The notes under the pieces were generated by a model. The model ran no database searches, was not told where the DNA came from, and worked only from the letters and a program-made list of their open reading frames with translations. Below are positions 63,154-64,000 of a stretch of DNA of 64,000 nt, piece after piece. The stretch lies in NCBI GenBank assembly GCA_035480055.1, contig DATIIB010000009.1, positions 21,068-85,067 on the forward strand, given 5' to 3'. The number at the start of each line of letters is the position of its first letter. Within the stretch, counting starts at the first letter, position 1. The position numbers were made by a program, and so were the translations under genes. Source of the DNA: Candidatus Saccharimonadales bacterium. Lineage in GTDB: Bacteria > Patescibacteriota > Saccharimonadia > Saccharimonadales > DASZAF01.

Positions 63154-64000
63154 ATGGCAAAAGCAACCTCTCAATTTGTTTGCCAACAATGTGGCGCTAT
63201 CCGCTCCAAATGGGTAGGGCGCTGCGATAATTGTGGTGAATGGAACAGTTTTGTCGAGCAAGTTACTGACTCTTCGATGGCTATTGGGGGAAATCTCAAA
63301 AGTTCGGGCAAGGCACTGCTACCCACGCCAGTTTCCAAAGTCAGCGACAATGCGACCCGCAACCGCACCAGTACCAAGATCAAAGATGTTGATGATGTGC
63401 TTGGCGGCGGCATCGTCCCGGCCAGCGTGATCCTGTTGGCCGGCCAGCCGGGCATTGGGAAGTCGACCATTCTGACTCAGATTGCGCACTCAGTGGCGAT
63501 GACCGACCCTGTTCTGTATGTGAGCGGTGAAGAGTCCGCTGAGCAGATTAAAGCTCGTGCGTCACGCCTGGGCGCGTTGAGCGATCAATTATTGCTGGCC
63601 AGCAGTGTCTCGGCTGACGATATTGCCAGCACGATCAGTACTGGCAAGTACAAACTGGTCATTGTTGACTCGATCCAAACCATTGCCACAGCCGGTATCA
63701 GCTCTGGCCCTGGGAGCGTCAGCCAAGTGACGAACTGCCTGAACCTGTTGTCGCAAGTTGCCAAGGCGCATAATACTTCGCTTATTATTGTTGGGCATGT
63801 GACCAAAGAAGGCAGCATTGCCGGACCGAAGTTGCTGGAGCATTTGGTTGATGTGGTGCTCAACCTTGAAGGGGACCGGTATGGTGGCTTTAAAGTACTG
63901 CGCGCGGTCAAAAATCGCTACGGCTCTACTAACGAAGCAGGTATTTTTGAAATGGGCGAAACCGGCCTAGAGGTCGTAGCCAATCCATCAGCTGCGCTTT
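63154..64000 (+). CDS. radA: DNA repair protein RadA/Sms, 3' end cut by window edge
   Basis: Not in the ORF track because no stop falls in the window. MAKATSQFVCQQCGAIRSKWVGRCDNCGEWNSF zinc ribbon, Walker A GQPGIGKST, KNRYG motif near the edge. Confidence 0.93.
   Translation, partial: MAKATSQFVCQQCGAIRSKWVGRCDNCGEWNSFVEQVTDSSMAIGGNLKSSGKALLPTPVSKVSDNATRNRTSTKIKDVDDVLGGGIVPASVILLAGQPGIGKSTILTQIAHSVAMTDPVLYVSGEESAEQIKARASRLGALSDQLLLASSVSADDIASTISTGKYKLVIVDSIQTIATAGISSGPGSVSQVTNCLNLLSQVAKAHNTSLIIVGHVTKEGSIAGPKLLEHLVDVVLNLEGDRYGGFKVLRAVKNRYGSTNEAGIFEMGETGLEVVANPSAAL

Noticed and set aside
1-64000. Mobile elements, prophage, or classical defence islands
   Set aside because: I recognised no integrase, transposase, recombinase, terminal inverted repeats, reverse transcriptase, restriction-modification or Cas genes. 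The PLD-like, NUDIX, HEPN-like and SLOG-like genes are isolated and not clustered like known defence systems.

Overview
The window is gene-dense, with about 68 CDS mostly on the plus strand and no non-coding gap above ~145 bp. It looks like core chromosome of a reduced-genome Patescibacteria/CPR bacterium, most likely Saccharibacteria-like. That placement is inferred from content only: split transketolase, GatCAB, an orphan PilB, a DUF5671-type membrane protein, many lineage-specific ORFans and no biosynthetic operons.

Recognisable content:
- Information processing: pheST, uvrB, gatCAB, dnaE, rplS, rnhB, yraN, nusA, clpC, radA (3' truncated), rmuC, tag.
- A central-carbon supercluster: gap, rpiB, rpe-like, split tkt, fba, PfkB kinase.
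- Redox genes: ndh (5' truncated), glutaredoxin-like, trxB.
- Envelope genes: two GT4 glycosyltransferases, an alpha/beta hydrolase, PAP2, galU, a PLD-like protein.

I found no rRNA, tRNA, CRISPR array, transposase or integrase.

I cannot point to one clear novel multi-gene system. The signals I consider most worth follow-up are:
1. An 18/18 match to the CIRCE/HrcA operator consensus sitting on the clpC promoter, with clpC-X-radA synteny and no CtsR module in the window.
2. A TM-anchored, HEPN/DUF4145-like small protein translationally coupled inside the gatC-gatA-X-gatB operon.
3. A small accessory island (two PNPOx genes, SDR, VOC) ending in a C-terminal remnant of a TetM/OtrA-type ribosomal protection protein joined to a truncated PNPOx gene.
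4. A Tag-DUF1653 fusion.
5. A recurrent leaderless-type promoter layout, with a -10 hexamer 6-7 nt before the start codon at 13 or more genes.
6. A class of ORFans with visibly atypical codon usage (ATA/AGA/AGG) wedged singly into housekeeping operons.
7. A conserved-looking pair of an unknown 421-aa protein and a LOG/TIGR00725-like protein.

All family calls rest on motif recognition by eye. No searches were run.
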